From the NCBI GenBank assembly GCA_973895155.1, contig OZ316891.1:10727875-10791874 (forward strand): a stretch of 64,000 bases of DNA, written 5' to 3'. How positions within the stretch are numbered: position 1 is the stretch's first letter; every line of letters starts with the position of its first letter. Shown here in pieces: positions 61,155 to 64,000 of the stretch. A program made the translations under genes and the position numbers. This stretch comes from Marsupella aquatica (lineage: Eukaryota > Plantae > Marchantiophyta). Under the pieces are notes generated by a model. The model worked only from the letters and a program-made list of their open reading frames with translations, had not been told where the DNA came from and searched no databases.

Positions 61155-62042
61155 GCGACTGGATGGACTCAAAGCTTATGGAAGGGGCGCACTGCGCTTC
61201 ACGTGGGCGCAAGTAGGGGATGCGTGAAGCTGATCATGCAAGTGCTAAGACTTTGTAATCTGCATTGCTTCTCCATCGTTGATGAAGCATACGAGAGGTG
61301 GAGTTTCCTTGATCAAACGCCAACAGGTGAACAGGAGGTAGCTGCGAGCGAAAGTTCAAGCAGCAGTGACTTTCCGCATGACAATGCTATCCAAGAAAAT
61401 GACCCACAGAGAGGCGATGACCGTGCACAAGCAGCAGAGACAAGTGGCTCAGCGTCCACAGGTCCACTTGGAAAACTCCAGAAGACTCTGTTGACCAATG
61501 GTTTCTGTTCAATGGCAAATGGCATGAGAAAGGGGAAGGCTCAGCAGTTGTTTGCTCGTGTGGGACGGCAACATGTGAGGAAGAACTATGGCAATCCAAA
61601 CACAATCTCTCATAAGGATGTCTTTACAATGGATCGTAGACATCTGCTACTTGCCAAGGATGGGGAAAGTGGGTTGGATGCACTAGCAATTGCAGTTCTC
61701 CATGGCAAGAAGGAAATTATTGATCTCCTCCGATAGTGCGCAGGAGAACTTGAAGACCACACTCATTATGATAATATATCTACAGACGCACGGAGTGCGA
61801 GCTCAATGTTTGATGCGATAGGAAACCTGAAGGAAAGGAAGCTGCTAAGACAAGTAACGGTGGAGGCAGTGATGGCTTTCATAGATCAAGACGATGTCAA
61901 TCTGTCAGTGGATTCAGATGATGCAGTATTTCGGCCGCCGCCATCTACCACCATGCACAGAAGGGCATTGGATGAGTACCTGGAACTACCCAATGCATCC
62001 ACCACATTTTTGCTAGATAAAGTGGGAGGCCATTCAGTTTGA
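61155..62042 (+). pseudogene. Ankyrin-repeat gene relic
   Basis: KGRTALHVGASRGCVKLIMQVL and AKDGESGLDALAIAVLHGKKEIIDLLR; in-frame TAG at 61734-61736; truncated by repeat sequence after ~62040. Confidence 0.7.
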
Positions 62043-62403
62043 CTACTTCAAAGAGATGTATTTGGGTAGGTTTTCTCTCCCTTAAGGGGATATGTCTCCA
62101 AAAACATATATGATGAGACTCGTGTCTCCTAGTAGACCTAACCCAAGTTACGAAGCACCGTGGTTGTGCTACTAGGAAACACTATACGAAAATGACAATA
62201 TATCTTCAACAAGAAGTCCCTTGGATGACTTCTTCTAGTGCGTTGGAGAGTTCTCAAGGAGTACAAACTACATTCTCATTATCTCAATTGAGTCTTAGGT
62301 TGACTTAAGTCCTCAAGAGTTACAAGGGCTATCTTGCCCGCTTGTAGATCTTATTGAAAGAGTAGCCAAACCACGCTCAATTTTCCATGACAACTTGCGT
62401 TGG

Positions 62404-62901
62404 AGTCACGGAACTCAACTACCTTAACACTTAGCTCCAGCATCGCTGACTCCGACGCCGAGCTCCCTTATGGTCCAGGCCCAGATAGGCCACCCGGGGA
62501 GGACTTAGCATATTAGGTAAACTTGTGGGCAATGGGAGTGACGTGGCACTGGCGAAGGCAAGGCAAGGCGCTAAGCTGGTGACACACACTTAGGATTTAG
62601 TTAGACTAGCTAAAGGCTGGTCGGGTCAAGGGGGGAAGGGCCGGGCTCAAGGTCGATTGTCCGGACCTCCGGACGGACTTTGAGTTCTGAGGGTTTGAGT
62701 GAAAGCTCCTCTTGGGCCCAAGGCTAACAGAGTTGATTCCATGGGTAACGAACGCTTGGGGCACGAGTTATGGCCCAATCCGAGTTTGGCCGATCGGGGG
62801 CTCGGGCAACGATGAGATCTGAGGGCGTAGGCATGAGCACAGGGTCAGCCCAATTAAAACGGGCTAAGGCACTCCGCTTGCGGATTCTTAACTATAAAGT
62901 T
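62404..62901 (-). repeat. Inverted copy of 51650-52141 from the same element family
   Basis: The reverse complement is colinear (aaccttgag...cttagctagtc...gtgtgtcaccagcttagcgcc). It is flanked by diverged ~250-bp direct repeats at 62155-62403 and 63061-63311. Confidence 0.85.
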
Positions 62902-64000
62902 TTGGGCATTGTTAATTGGTGGCACACCCAGACATGCAGGTTGGGGTCCAGGTGGGGGGCCAAAATTTGGGGACCAAAGTTGTTCCGGGGGTGGCAGGTC
63001 TCAGAAGCATATATGAAGGAAATGGTGTCTCCCTGGGGGCTAAGGGCGAGCCAAAGTTGTGAACCACGGTAGTTGCGACACTAAGGGAAAACGCCAAACG
63101 GAAACGGCGATAACTTCCCAACGGGAAATCTGTTGGAGGACTTCTTGGGTGCGTTAGAAAGATCTCAAGGAGGGCTACATCCTCCTGAGCTCAGTTGAGT
63201 CTAAGGGTGCCGTAAGTTCTCAGGGTTTGCGGGGGCTATATTGCCCGTTTGCCAGGTCATGTCAAAACAGCAGCCAAGCCGCATTCAATCTCTCAAGGGA
63301 GCTTGCGTTGGGAAAGCAAGGCCAAGTAGGAGTGGAGATTGAGTTCCAAGAGCATTTGGCCCCTAGACCATCAGTGGGGCGAGAACCGGCAAGACAATGG
63401 TCTTGGGATCCGAGATGATGGCGAATTACTTACTAATGTGGTTGGTATGTTGCTTGTGCAGATAGTATGGGCCATTGAACAACAATTGTGTTGAGGAGCA
63501 ATTGCGGCTTCATATGGGAGTTGTCGGTGGTGGTGATAGCGGCACTGTTTGTTTGTTTGCTTGTCAATTTTCGTAGGCATTCGGCACTAAGAGTACTTAG
63601 GCAAGGTGTTGGGTTTGATGGAAGCGTTGGGAGGCTAGGTCCACCGGCCCTTGCTGTTGGGTCTCCACTTTGTATGCCATAAGCCCTATTTATAGAGGAG
63701 GTTTCTTTGCAAAAATTTATATCATTACTTTTGGGACATCTGTGAAGTTAAGGACCAGAAAACTAAGGACCACCCACATGCAACTTTAGGGGTATTTGTA
63801 AATTCTGGAAAACTAAGAGCCAACTCGCATGTCATCGGCCCTTGATTTTCCGGCCCTTATGTCTCCTGATGATGCTGGCAAAAAGCAGTTTGCGCTTGTC
63901 CAGAAAATATGTGTGAATGTTACATATGTACTGCTTGTCGTTTGCAACTAAAGATTATACAAGGCACTGCAGGAAGCTATCACTCCTCTCTACAAAATGT

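Noticed and set aside
1-64000. tRNA, rRNA or prokaryote-type defence systems
   Set aside because: None recognised by eye; a tRNAscan-SE or Infernal run would be needed to exclude small RNA genes.

Overview
Eukaryotic nuclear DNA from a land plant, most likely a bryophyte and probably a liverwort (a nad4 fragment reads like the Marchantia protein as I recall it). Three intact spliced genes reconstruct with consistent GT-AG phases: a cluster-I diacylglycerol kinase (+, 3162-7753, 7 exons, 695 aa), a type-II membrane O-fucosyltransferase-like gene (-, 23912-28124, 7 exons, 605 aa) and YAF9/YEATS (-, 37605-39442, 6 exons, 252 aa). The rest is repeats and gene relics: nested solo LTRs, a minisatellite, MITEs, a TIR element full of palindromic GATA motifs, a nad4 NUMT, ankyrin, SPRY and MFL1 pseudogenes, and a duplicated multi-gene element at 48.6-56 kb. 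The most striking structure is a 5.3-kb LINE-Copia chimera at 17.2-22.5 kb. One 15-17 bp target-site duplication encloses a LINE 3' end, an inverted Copia LTR piece, a dead Copia pol, a truncated LTR and a short internal Copia piece, as if a LINE mobilised a dead LTR retrotransposon in a single event. All analysis was by eye; no searches were run.
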